Part shown: piece by piece, positions 30,001-42,875 of the stretch
Layout: every line of letters begins with the position of its first letter
Position numbering within the stretch: position 1 is the first letter of the stretch
From: Eledone cirrhosa
Taxonomy: Eukaryota
DNA: 64,000 nt
Reading direction: 5' to 3'
Assembly (NCBI GenBank): GCA_964016885.1
Contig: OZ024743.1
Coordinates: forward strand, 332,134,001-332,198,000
Made by a program: the position numbers and the translations under genes
The notes under the pieces: generated by a model
The model's database searches: none
Told to the model about the DNA's origin: nothing
What the model saw: the letters and a program-made list of their open reading frames with translations, nothing else

Positions 30001-33000
30001 CCTGGGTATTTATAACTCTAGGCTAGTGATACAATGTGTACCTGGATATTTAAAATTCTAGGCTAGTGATACAATGTGTACCTGGGTCTTTAAAATTCTA
30101 GGCTAGTGATACAATGTGTACCTGGTTATTTATAACTCTAGGCTAGTGATACAATGTGTACCTGGATATTTAAAACTCTAGCTTAGTGATACAATGTGTA
30201 CCTGGGTATTTATAACTCTAGGCTAGTGATACAATGTGTACCTGGGTATTTATAACTCTAGGCTAGTGATACAATGTGTACCTGGGTATTTAAAACTCTA
30301 GGCTAGCGATACAATGTGTACCTGGGTATTTAAAACTCTTGGCTAATGATAATGTGTACCTGGGTATTTAAAACTCTTGGCTAATGATACAATGTGTACC
30401 TGGGTATTTAAAACTCTTGGCTAGTGATACAATGTGTACCTGGGTATTTAAAACTCTAGGCTAGCGATACAATGTGTACCTGGGTATTTAAAACCCTTGG
30501 CTAGTGATACAATGTGTAACTTGGTATTTAAAACTCTAGGCTAGTGATACAATGTGTACCTGGGTATTTATAACTCTAGGCTAGTGATACAATGTGTACC
30601 TGGGTATTTAAAACCCTTGGCTAGTGATACAATGTGTACCTGAGTATTTAAAACTCTAGGCTAGTGATACAATATGTATCTGTGTATTTATAACTCTAGG
30701 CTAGTGATAAAATGTGTACATGGGTTATTTATAACTTTAGGCTAGTGATACAATGTGTACCTGGGTATTTAAAACTCTAGGCTAGTGATACAATGTGTAC
30801 CTGGGTGGGTATTTAAAACTCTTTGCTAGTACTATAATGTGTAGCTGAATATTTAAAACTCTAGGCTAGCGATACAATGTGTACCTGAGTATTTAAAACT
30901 CTTGGCTAGTGATACAATGTGTACCTGGGTATTTAAAACTCTTGGCTAGTGATACAATGTGTACCTGGGTATTTAAAACTCTTGGCTAGTGATACAATGT
31001 GTACCTGGATATTTAAAATTCTAGGCTAGTGATACAATGTGTACCTGGGTATTTAAAACTCTTGGCTAGTGATACAATGTGTAACTTGGTATTTAAAACT
31101 CTTGGCTAATGATACAATGTGTACCTGGGTATTTAAAACCCTTGGCTAGTGATACAATGTGTAACTTGGTATTTAAAACTCTAGGCTAGTGATACAATGT
31201 GTACCTGGGTATTTATAACTCTAGGCTAGTGATACAATGTGTACCTGGGTATTTAAAACCCTAAGCTAGCGATACAATGTGTACCTGGGTATTTAAAACT
31301 CTAGGCTAGTGATACAATGTGTACCTGGGTGGGTATTTAAATCTCTTTGCTAGTGCTGTAATGTGTACCTGGGTATTTAGTGCCCTAAGCTAGCCATACA
31401 ATGTGTACCTGGGTATTTAAAACTCTAGGCTAGTGATACAATGTGTACCTGGGTATTTAAAATTCTTGGCTAATGATACAATGTGTACCTGGATATTTAG
31501 TGCCCTAAGCTAGCCATACAATGTGTACCTGGATATTTAAAACTAGGTTAGTGATACAATGTGTACATGGGTATTTAAAACTCTAGGCTAGTGATACAAT
31601 GTGTACCTGGGTATTTAAAACCCTTGGCTAGTGATACAATGTGTAACTTGGTATCTAAAACTCTAGGCTAGTGATACAATGTGAACCTGGGTATTTAAAA
31701 CTCTTGGCTAATGATACAATGTGTACCTGGGTATTTAAAACCCTTGGCTAGTGATACAATGTGTAACTTGGTATTTAAAACTCTAGGCTAGTGATACGAT
31801 GTGTACCTGGGTATTTAAAACTCTTGGCTAATGATACAATGTGTACCTGGGTATTTAAAACCCTTGGCTAGTGATACAATGTGTAACTTGGTATTTAAAA
31901 CTCTAGGCTAGTGATACAATGTGTACATGGGTATTTAAAACTCTTGGCTAGTGATACAATGTGTACATGGGTATTTAAAACTCTTGGCTAGTGATACAAT
32001 GTGTACCTGGGTATTTAAAACTCTAGGCTAGTGATACAATGTGTAACTTGGTATTTAAAACTCTAGGCTAGTGATACGATGTGTACCTGGGTATTTATAA
32101 CTCTAGGCTAGTGATACAATGTGTACCTGGATATTTAAAATTCTAGGCTAGTGATACAATGTGTACCTGGGTATTTAAAACTCTTGGCTAGCGATAAAAT
32201 GTGTACCTGGGTATTTAAAACTCTTGGCTAATGATACAATGTGTACCTGGGTATTTAAAACTCTTGGCTAGTGATACAATGTGTACCTGGGTTTTTAAAA
32301 CTCTTGGCTAGTGATACAATGTGTACCTGGGTATTTAAAACCCTTGGCTAGTGATACAATGTGTAACTTGGTATTTAAAACTCTAGGCTAGTGATACAAT
32401 GTGTACATGGGTATTTAAAACCCTTGGCTAGTGATACAATGTGTAACTTGGTATTTAAAACTCTTGGCTAGTGATACAATGTGTACCTGGGTATTTAAAA
32501 CTCTAGGTTAGTGATACAATGTGTACCTGAGTATTTAAAACTCTAGGCTAGTGATACAATGTGTATCTGTGTATTTATAACTCTAGGCTAGTGATAAAAT
32601 GTGTACATGGGTTATTTATAACTTTAGGCTAGTGATACAATGTGTACCTGGGTATTTAAAACTCTAGGCTAGTGATACAATGTGTACCTGGGTGGGTATT
32701 TAAAACTCTTTGCTAGTACTATAATGTGTAGCTGAATATTTAAAACTCTAGGCTAGTGATACAATGTGTACCTGGATATTTAAAACTCTAGCTTAGTGAT
32801 ACAATGTGTACCTGGGTATTTATAACTCTAGGCTAGTGATACAATGTGTACCTGGGTATTTATAACTCTAGGCTAGTGATACAATGTGTACCTGGGTATT
32901 TAAAACTCTAGGCTAGCGATACAATGTGTACCTGGGTATTTAAAACTCTTGGCTAATGATACAATGTGTACCTGGGTATTTAAAACTCTTGGGTAGTGAT

Positions 33001-36000
33001 ACAATGTGTACCTGGGTATTTAAAACTCTAGGCTAGCGATACAATGTGTACCTGGGTATTTAAAACCCTTGGCTAGTGATACAATGTGTAACTTGGTATT
33101 TAAAACTCTAGGCTAGTGATACAATGTGTACCTGGGTATTTATAACTCTAGGCTAGTGATACAATGTGTACCTGGATATTTAAAATTCTAGGCTAGTGAT
33201 ACAATGTGTACCTGGGTATTTAAAACTCTTGGCTAGCGATAAAATGTGTACATGGGTATTTAAAACTCTAGGCTAGTGATACAATGTGTACCTGGATATT
33301 TAAAATTCTAGGCTAGCTATACAATATGTACCTGGGTATTTAGTGCCCTAAGCTAGCGATACAATGTGTACCTGGATATTTAAAACTCTAAGCTAGTGAT
33401 ACAATGTGTACCTGGGTATTTAGTGCCCAAAGTTAGCGATACAATGTGTACCTGGGTATTTAAAACACTAGGCTAGTGATACAATGTGTACCTGGGTATT
33501 TAAAACTCTTGGCTAATGATACAATGTGTACCTGGGTATTTAAAACCCTTGGCTAGTGATACAATGTGTAACTTGGTATTTAAAACTCAAGGTTAGTGAT
33601 ACTATGTGTACCTGGGTATTTAAAACTCTTGGCTAGTGATACAATGTGTACCTGGGTGGGTATTTAAATCTCTTTGCTAGTGCTATAATGTGTTCCTGAA
33701 TATTTAAAACTCTAGGCTAGCGATACAATGTGTACCTGGGTATTTAAAACTTTAGGCTAGTGATACAATGTGTACCTCGGTATTTAAAACTCAAGGTTAG
33801 TGATTCAATGTGTACCTAGGTATTTAAAACTCTAGGCTAGTGATACAATGTGTACCTGGGTATTTAAAACTCAAGGTTAGTGATTCAATGTGTACCTGTG
33901 TATTTAAAACTCTAGGTTAGTGATACAATGTGTACCTGGGTATTTGAAACTCTAGGCTAGGGATACAATGTGTACCTGGATATTTAAAACTCTAGGCTAG
34001 TGATACAATGTGTACCTGGATATTTAAAACTCTAGGTTAGTGATACAATGTGTACCTGGTATTTAAAACTCTAGGCTAGTGTTACAATGTGTACCTGGAT
34101 ATTTAAAACACTAGGCTAGTGATACAATGTGTACCTGGATATTTAAAACTCTAGGTTAGTGATACAATGTGTACCTGGTATTTAAAACTCTAGGCTAGTA
34201 ATACAATGTGTACCTGGGTATTCAAAATTCTAGGTTAGTGATACAATGTGTACCTGGGTATTTAAAACTGTTGGCTAGTGATATAATGTGTACCTGGATA
34301 TTTAAAACTCTTGGCTAGTGATACAATGTGTACCTGGGCATTTAAAATCTTAGCTAGCTATATAATGTGTGCCTGGGTATTTAGTGCCCTACGCTAGCCA
34401 TACAATGTGTACCTGGGTATTTAAAATTCTAGGCTAGTGATACAATGTGTACCTGGGTGTTTAAAACTCTAGGCTAGTGATACAATGTGTACCTGGGTAT
34501 TTAAAACTCTAGGCTAGTGATACAATGTGTACCTGGATATTTAAAATTCTAGGCTAGTGATACAATGTGTACCTGGGTATTTAAAATTCTAGGCTAGTGA
34601 TACAATGTGTACCTGGGTATTTAAAACTCTAGGCTAGTGATACAATGTGTACCTGGATATTTAAAATTCTAGGCTGGTGATACAATGTGTACCTGGGTAT
34701 TTAAAATTCTAGGCTAGTAATACAATGTGTACCTGGGTATTTATAACTCTAGGCTAGTGATACAATGTGTACCTGGATATTTAAAATTCTAGGCTAGTGA
34801 TACAATGTGTACCTGGGTATTTAAAATTCTAGGCTAGTGATACAATGTGTACCTGGTTATTTATAACTCTAGGCTAGTGATACAATGTGTACCTGGATAT
34901 TTAAAACTCTAGCTTAGTGATACAATGTGTACCTGGGTATTTATAACTCTAGGCTAGTGATACAATGTGTACCTGGGTATTTATAACTCTAGGCTAGTGA
35001 TACAATGTGTACCTGGGTATTTAAAACTCTAGGCTAGCGATACAATGTGTACCTGGGTATTTAAAACTCTTGGCTAATGATAATGTGTACCTGGGTATTT
35101 AAAACTCTTGGCTAATGATACAATGTGTACCTGGGTATTTAAAACTCTTGGCTAGTGATACAATGTGTACCTGGGTATTTAAAACTCTAGGCTAGCGATA
35201 CAATGTGTACCTGGGTATTTAAAACCCTTGGCTAGTGATACAATGTGTAACTTGGTATTTAAAACTCTAGGCTAGTGATACAATGTGTACCTGGGTATTT
35301 ATAACTCTAGGCTAGTGATACAATGTGTACCTGGGTATTTAAAACCCTTGGCTAGTGATACAATGTGTACCTGAGTATTTAAAACTCTAGGCTAGTGATA
35401 CAATATGTATCTGTGTATTTATAACTCTAGGCTAGTGATAAAATGTGTACATGGGTTATTTATAACTTTAGGCTAGTGATACAATGTGTACCTGGGTATT
35501 TAAAACTCTAGGCTAGTGATACAATGTGTACCTGGGTGGGTATTTAAAACTCTTTGCTAGTACTATAATGTGTAGCTGAATATTTAAAACTCTAGGCTAG
35601 CGATACAATGTGTACCTGGGTATTTAAAACTCTTGGCTAGTGATACAATGTGTACCTGGGTATTTAAAACTCTTGGCTAGTGATACAATGTGTACCTGGG
35701 TATTTAAAACTCTTGGCTAGTGATACAATGTGTACCTGGATATTTAAAATTCTAGGCTAGTGATACAATGTGTACCTGGGTATTTAAAACTCTTGGCTAG
35801 TGATACAATGTGTAACTTGGTATTTAAAACTCTTGGCTAATGATACAATGTGTACCTGGGTATTTAAAACCCCTGGCTAGTGATACAATGTGTAACTTGG
35901 TATTTAAAACTCTAGGCTAGTGATACAATGTGTACCTGGGTATTTATAACTCTAGGCTAGTGATACAATGTGTACCTGGGTATTTAAAACCCTAAGCTAG

Positions 36001-37700
36001 CGATACAATGTGTACCTGGGTATTTAAAACTCTAGGCTAGTGATACAATGTGTACCTGGGTGGGTATTTAAATCTCTTTGCTAGTGCTATAATGTGTACC
36101 TGGGTATTTAGTGCCCTAAGCTAGCCATACAATGTGTACCTGGGTATTTAAAACTCTAGGCTAGTGATACAATGTGTACCTGGGTATTTAAAATTCTTGG
36201 CTAATGATACAATGTGTACCTGGATATTTAGTGCCCTAAGCTAGCCATACAATGTGTACCTGGATATTTAAAACTAGGTTAGTGATACAATGTGTACATG
36301 GGTATTTAAAACTCTAGGCTAGTGATACAATGTGTACCTGGGTATTTAAAACCCTTGGCTAGTGATACAATGTGTAACTTGGTATCTAAAACTCTAGGCT
36401 AGTGATACAATGTGTACATGGGTATTTAAAACTCTTGTCTAGTGATACAATGTGTACATGGGTATTTAAAACTCTTGGCTAGTGATACAATGTGTACCTG
36501 GGTATTTAAAACTCTAGGCTAGTGATACAATGTGTAACTTGGTATTTAAAACTCTAGGCTAGTGATACAATGTGTACCTGGGTATTTAAAACTCTTGGCT
36601 AATGATACAATGTGTACCTGGGTATTTAAAACCCTTGGCTAGTGATACAATGTGTAACTTGGTATTTAAAACTCTAGGCTAGTGATACAATGTGTACCTG
36701 GGTATTTAAAACTCTTGGCTAATGATACAATGTGTACCTGGGTATTTAAAACCCTTGGCTAGTGATACAATGTGTAACTTGGTATTTAAAACTCTTGGCT
36801 AGTGATACAATGTGTACCTGGGTTTTTAAAACTCTTGGCTAGTGATACAATGTGTACCTGGGTATTTAAAACCCTTGGCTAGTGATACAATGTGTAACTT
36901 GGTATTTAAAACTCTAGGCTAGTGATACAATGTGTACATGGGTATTTAAAACCCTTGGCTAGTGATACAATGTGTAACTTGGTATTTAAAACTCTTGGCT
37001 AGTGATACAATGTGTACCTGGGTATTTAAAACTCTTGGCTAATCATACAATGTGTACCTGGGTATTTAAAACCCTTGGCTAGTGATACAATGTGTATCTG
37101 GGTATTTAAAACTCTTGGCTAATGATACAATGTGTACCTGGGTATTTAAAACCCTTGGCTAGTGATACAATGTGTAACTTGGTATTTAAAACTCTTGGCT
37201 AGTGATACAATGTGTACCTGGGTATTTAAAACCCTTGGCTAGTGATACAATGTGTAACTTGGTATTTAAAACTCTAGGCTAGTGATACAATGTGTACATG
37301 GGTATTTAAAACTCTTGGCTAGTGATACAATGTGTACCTGGGTATTTAAAACCCTTGGCTAGTGATACAATGTGTAACTTGGTATTTAAAACTCTAGGCT
37401 AGTGATACAATGTGTACATGGGTATTTAAAACTCTGGGCTAGCGATACAATGTGTACCTGGATATTTAAAATTCTTGGCTAACTCTACAATGTGTGCCTG
37501 GGTATTTAGTGTCCTAAGCTAGCCATACAACATGTATCTAGGTATTTAAAACCCTTGGCTAGTCCTACATTGTGCACCTGGATATTTAATACCCTAGGCT
37601 AGCCCTACAATATGTGCCTGGGTATTTATAACCCTTGGCTAAGCCTTACAATGTGTACCTGTGTATTTATAACACTTGGCAGGCTCTACAATGTGTTCCC
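1..37700. repeat. 40-bp satellite DNA array, consensus AGTGATACAATGTGTACCTGGGTATTTAAAACTCTAGGCT, ~940 monomers
   Basis: Uninterrupted head-to-tail 40-mers with 38/39/41/44-bp length variants. No ORF is reported in the array before 37612. Monomers diverge strongly from ~37440 and stop at ~37700. Confidence 0.99.
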
Positions 37701-38139
37701 TATTCTCCCAAATATAATAATTTTAACACAGTTTGGTAAGCTGACAAACCTAGTTTTTGACATTTCTGGCTCTGGCCAAACTTGCATTTTCCACTACACA
37801 GTCCACATGTTAAATAATATTACATGTGATAATACCATATAACCCGCTCCACTACTTTGGATATTTCTACAACTCTGCTAAGTAGCAAAAATGTTTAGTG
37901 ATTTATTTATTGATTACAGGAAGTTATATATTTTATTTAATAATGCAAATATGTATAAGACTGCAATCCTTTATGGTCCAGTAATAAATCTCTCTGACAC
38001 ATGTACCCTAAGTGGTTGCCTAGTTGGCCTTAATAGAAGCAGTGGCCCTGATTTCACCATTGTGTCTTTTAAAGAACCTCTTCAGAATTTTCTAAGTGAA
38101 AGCTGGAAACAAACAAACCAAGCATGCCCATTAATTGGA

Positions 38140-38450
38140 AGTATGACAGTGTGCATGGATGAACTTAGAGAAAAACTGGGTCTAAGTGGAATCAAATATA
38201 GTGTGCAAGAGAGAAGATTGTATTGCTATGGGCATATGTGAATGGATGATGATCACTGAGTGAAGAAGTACCAAGTGGTACCAGTGGAGGGAAGCTTTAG
38301 TGGTGGAAGACCACGGAAGACCTGAATAGAAGTGGTGAAAGCTGATCTCAAGACACTGAACCTCTGAGAAAGAGGATATTACAAAGGAATGCAGCAGTTG
38401 GAGTAATGTCTAACCCATACAAGCATGGACAAACAGACAATGATCATGAT
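38140..38450 (+). mobile_element. Degenerate 3' fragment of RTE-clade LINE
   Basis: Translates MDELREKLGLSGIKYSVQERRLYCYGHM, matching the C-terminus of the RTE at 62865-63314. Ends in TAACCCATACAAGCATGGA and a decayed GAT-type tail. Confidence 0.85.
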
Positions 38451-38839
38451 ATCTACTTTCTTTTAAAAAAGTATCCCACCTTCAACCACCAAACATCCTC
38501 TTCTCACCCATGAGACTTAGCTGTCATCCACAACGTTCCCCATCACATTTCATGGTTGTTATCCATCACTAACTCCCTTCCTAGCCTGACACACACCCCT
38601 ATTGCATAATCTAACAACTAGCATTTCGCTACCACTGCTTCCTACAATACCATCCTATTACTGCCCTCCCTCATACTCTCACCTTCTCTCTCATGAGACT
38701 TAGCTGTCATCCACTACACTTCTCTGTTACTATCCACCACTAACTCTTTTCTTAACATAACACACACCTCTACTCATCAACACCTTACCAATAACAAACA
38801 TGTAGCTACCATTGTTCCTCTACATTCCCCTACCAAAAG

Positions 38840-38956
38840 TGAGAGAGAGACAAACAAAGAGAAGAGAGACAAACAAAGAGAAGAGAGACAGATATAGAGA
38901 CAGAGATAAGCAGGCAGAGAGAGAAGAGAGAGACAAACAGAGATGAGAGAGAGAGA

Positions 38957-39055
<99 letters not shown>

Positions 39056-39205
39056 TAAACAAAGAGGAGAGAAAGAGAGAGACAGATATAGACAGAGAGA
39101 GATAGAAACAGAGAGGTGACAGAGATAGACAGACAGAAATTTACAGGGAGATAGAGACAGACAGGCAGACACACGCACACGCGAAGACAGACAGACACAC
39201 GCACA
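38840..39205. repeat. (AG)n/(AGAC)n microsatellite
   Basis: Direct sequence; source of the spurious SLSL ORFs. Confidence 0.95.
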
Positions 39206-40162
39206 CACAGTAATAGGAAAATAATGAAATTACATTGAACATTTGTTTTTAGGTATTTTCTTCCCCTTTTCCAATAATTAATGTGATTAAACATCAGTAT
39301 GTTATAACAGCAATGTTTTAGAATACTATTTCACTGTGTCTGATAGAATGTCATGTTGCTGTTATAGTAGGCAACTATCTCATTACATGTAATATGTCTA
39401 ACCGTAACCCTAACCTTCTATTTCACTGTCTCTGTTAGTGTCACATTATTGGTAAAGTACAGACAATCTTATTATATGTAATATGTCTTGATTACCTCTA
39501 AGACAATAATACAGAAACCACAAAACTTGCGGCAGTGTTTTATATGTGCATATATATATATGCACTAACCCTAACCATAGATAGCAGAGAAAACGGACGT
39601 TAAAACGGCATATATATATATATATATGACAGGGAAAAATGGGCATCTTTGTCCATTTGGTGGGCTTATATGTAATGTTATTAGACTAGTTAATTCAGTA
39701 AAAATTTCAGCAAAATTTGAATAAATTCTCAAATTCTGTTCACTGTTTTCTAAACACATGTGCTTTCAATATAGCTGATAATCGATAATTGATTACTTAG
39801 ATCAATTTTTTGCTTCAGTTTACGAACTATGAAACAGTAACATAAGGAAAATAATGGCGTTTTACACCCTTTTCCTAAATATTATGTGCTTTATACACGT
39901 GTAGAAAATATTGTGTTTGCTATATGGCTTTTTCTCTTTCAATTTGAATTATTGATGCTCTGGACCAACTTCAATTGAGCTTTTCTATTGAGAAACAATC
40001 ATCATTCATATTATATATGTTGTGATACCTTAGCATAGTATATATATATATATATATTCCCAGAGATGGTGACATGAATGGCCCTGTTATTTTTCTCTAA
40101 AAAAAATGTTTCGTTTCCCCCAGCCAATCTCCTCAATCTTAATATCTCTTCTTTAATTTTTA

Positions 40163-40282
40163 TTTTCTCATGAAGGATTAGTGTCCGAAACGTTAAGACT
40201 CTTTTCCTACTATATCAAGTGTAAAATTAATATATTTCTTCATTATACTGAGTCGTTTGCTTTGTTATTTCCGTTTGCCTTT
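40163..40282 (+). mobile_element. Penelope-like remnant with decayed minimal hammerhead motif
   Basis: CTCATGA-A-GGA-TTAGTG-TCC-GAAA-CGT-T (40167-40194): hammerhead layout with a G5>C core change and palindromic ACGT in place of stem III. Ends at a (TA)n tract. Confidence 0.5.
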
Positions 40283-40301
40283 TATATATATATATATATA
40301 T

Positions 40302-40494
40302 ATAGGAACAAGTAAGACCCCGACGGCTGAGCTCAAGCCGTTTCGACGGCTAATCCAGTCCAGAATTAGCCGTCGAAACGGCTTGAGCTCAGCTGTCGGG
40401 GTCTTACTTGTTCCTATTACCCACTCTACTACCCTAAGTATTGAGTACTTTGGTGCGTTATGGTCCACTTGGTTCCTTACCACATTTCCTTCGT
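40302..40494. mobile_element. Palindromic element (53-bp arms) in (TA)n, with hammerhead 3' half; Penelope-like
   Basis: Arms 40302-40354 / 40365-40417, one mismatch, 10-nt loop. Contains GAAAC-GGC-TTGAGCTCA-GCC-GTC (minus strand). Single-copy tail carries GTATTGAGTAC. (TA)n on both sides. Confidence 0.65.
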
Positions 40495-40572
40495 TATATA
40501 TATATATTAGAAACATTGAGCAAGTTACAAGAGTTCGAAAATTAAGTTAACATTTGTTTATAAACAAATCTT

Positions 40573-41171
40573 TATATAAAGTTAATCAACAAAATGACAG
40601 TGAGGGAGGGGAAGAGAGTTACTATTAAATGTTTTCACTTTCTTACTAATCATGTTTATGGAAGTAAATCTAATCCACATGCCACCACCATAAATGTCAG
40701 TTTGCCACATGGACCAGGCTGACAGGATGGAGAAGGAGAAACACTGGAACACCCACTCCACAGGGCTCACACTTGCATGCAGCCAACTCTGCTCTGATAG
40801 CAGTGAATAGGGATGTAGTCCAGGGGCCAAGAACGCCAGAAGTCTCCACTGCCATAGACTCAACCTCAGATTTAATCAGTGAAATATTGAGATACACAAT
40901 CCAATACTATAGCCATGTGGTTAGAATGTCTCAGGAAAGAATCGCTGAACAGATTTTATGGGAAAACCAACCAGCAGGAGACCCAGGGTAGACACCAAGC
41001 AGGATGGTTGGATAACATCCTTGAGCTTGGCTGGTCTCACTTGGGGATCCAGCTGGATCAGTTGGAAATGATTGCTTCTGACAATACCCACTGGAAGTGT
41101 TTGAGGACTCTGCTCCCACAACACTCTCAGGAATAAGTGGGCACAGAAGAAGAAATATTGAGATACTTTCT
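40573..41171 (-). mobile_element. 3' fragment of a CRE-like (restriction-like endonuclease) non-LTR retrotransposon, interrupted by an RTE insertion
   Basis: Minus-strand RKYLNISL...ESMAVETSGVLGP...EWVFQ resembles the K..KY...P.A.ET.G..G REL C-terminus. Flanked by a 23-bp direct repeat ACATTTGTTTATAAACA(A/G)ATCTT at 40550-40572 and 41172-41194. Confidence 0.55.
40896..41151 (+). mobile_element. 5'-truncated Rex3/Expander-type RTE LINE 3' end
   Basis: YYSHVVRMSQERIAEQIL / GRHQAGWLDNI..LGW..LG...ASD...W...LLPQ C-terminus, (GAA)n tail, perfect 15-bp TSD GAAATATTGAGATAC (40881-40895, 41152-41166). Confidence 0.8.
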
Positions 41172-42087
41172 ACATTTGTTTATAAACAGATCTTAACCAC
41201 AGATTCAATACCAAATACCAGTTGTTTTAAGTGTAATCCACCAAAGCTCTATAGATTCATCAAAAATAACTGCTGACATTAATACCAATTAAGGAACCTC
41301 TATATAGCCACTTGACCTGCTAAAAAGAGCAGCAAATCTCCTTCAAATCCTTATGCCCACAAACCACATGCCTTCACTGCATTCATACATACACTTGAAT
41401 ACACATACACACACACACTATACATATATAGCAGGTTGTAAGTTTTCTTCTCAGAAAGACAAGTATCTGTAACAGCTAGGTGAGCTACACAGAAGATGCT
41501 GTTCTACTGAGACAGACAACCAAACACCTATAGAACAGGTATCAGATCACAAATTGGTCATCTAATACTTTATCTAGTCAGTCATGTCATTGATATGAAA
41601 TAGGTATTAACCTGATATTACACTTGATGTTGAAGAGGATGGCTTCTTTAGTTAAAAAATAAATTACAAGAACTTTAGAAAGGCATATCATGTTACCCTA
41701 TTACTCCATTACTTGTTCCAGCTGACATGCTGAGGCCATGCTGGGGCACTGCCATTGACAATATTGTTGCAAATATTTTTACAGAATCATTGAATATTTT
41801 GATATTCCAGTAGTTTTTCATATTTTATGGCACCAATTCTATTCTCTATTTGTATTTGATGTAATCCTGTTATCTAAGTCTATAGTTAATAGCTTGCATC
41901 ATGATCAGATGATAAGACTGAACCATTGAAATATAGCATTAAAATTCTAAAGTAAATTACCAATATGGCCGCGCGTGCGTGCGTGTGTGCGTGTGTGTGT
42001 ATATAGGTATTCAATGTGCAAATTAATTGTGTCCGTAGGCGGTATGCCAAGATGTGCACTCGATGCTCATGGGGAGCAGAGTATAAG

Positions 42088-42243
42088 GGAACAAAGAATC
42101 AGTGTTGCATCATATACATATTTAATAACATATTCCAGAGTCAGGTTTGATCATTAATCGATCGTTCCTCAAGTTGATCGACAGTGAAACATATGTAATA
42201 TGTTATTAAATATGTATATGATGCAACATTGATTCTTTGTTCC
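42088..42243. repeat. Inverted repeat (47-bp arms) with hammerhead-like 3' half
   Basis: Arms 42088-42134 / 42197-42243, one mismatch. Spacer ends in GAAAC-ATAT-GTA (palindromic ACATATGT). Confidence 0.7.
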
Positions 42244-42254
42244 TATATATTAGT

Positions 42255-42471
42255 GGCCATGTAGGCGCCACAGAAAAAAGCACCCAGCACTCACTGTAAA
42301 TGGGGTTGGTGTTAGGAAGGGCATCCAGCTGTAGAAATCAAGCCAAAATCAGTTCCCATATGAGCAAGACAAGGTCACCCGACCGAGCACTGCCCACAAC
42401 AGGACAACCTGTCTAACCCATGCTAGCGTGGAAGAATGGACGTAAAACAGTGATGATGATGATGATGATGA

Positions 42472-42475
<4 letters not shown>
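42255..42475 (+). mobile_element. RTE 3' UTR fragment with (GAT)n tail
   Basis: Closely matches 63400-63607 (GTTGGTGTTAGGAAGGGCATCCAGCTGTAGAAATCAAGCC...TAACCCATGCTAGCGTGGAAGAA). Followed by (TA)n. Confidence 0.9.
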
Positions 42476-42522
<47 letters not shown>

Positions 42523-42837
42523 GGCGTTGAGAGAGAGATGTCTAGCTATACTATTAAAATATAACCAAATAGAGGAAAGGTTCAACATGTCACTGAAATG
42601 ACATCAGAATTATTTTCACTGAATGAGACATGGTTTCTGTGTCACTGTCAGGGATTATCTTTCTCAGAATTACACCCAGTTATTTCCTTCTCACTGCAAA
42701 TATATATATCTTACTACTTACTGGCTTATATAAACTGAACTTTCAGTGCTAACATTGTTAACATACATATCTATCTTCTCATATATATATCTACATACAA
42801 GAAATTGTGTGTGTGTGTAAAACAAAACTGCACCTAT

Positions 42838-42875
<38 letters not shown>

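Noticed and set aside
1-37700. CRISPR array (repeat ~40 bp)
   Set aside because: Monomers are contiguous with no unique spacers, there are no cas genes, and the context is eukaryotic.
38495-38775. Diverged direct repeat (CATGAGACTTAGCTGTCATCCAC, 183-bp offset)
   Set aside because: Old local duplication without recognisable element or function.
38777-39294. SL-rich ORFs
   Set aside because: Translations of the (AG)n microsatellite.
39398-39577. Telomeric (CCCTAA)n
   Set aside because: Only 2-3 imperfect units at two spots; too short to call an interstitial telomere.
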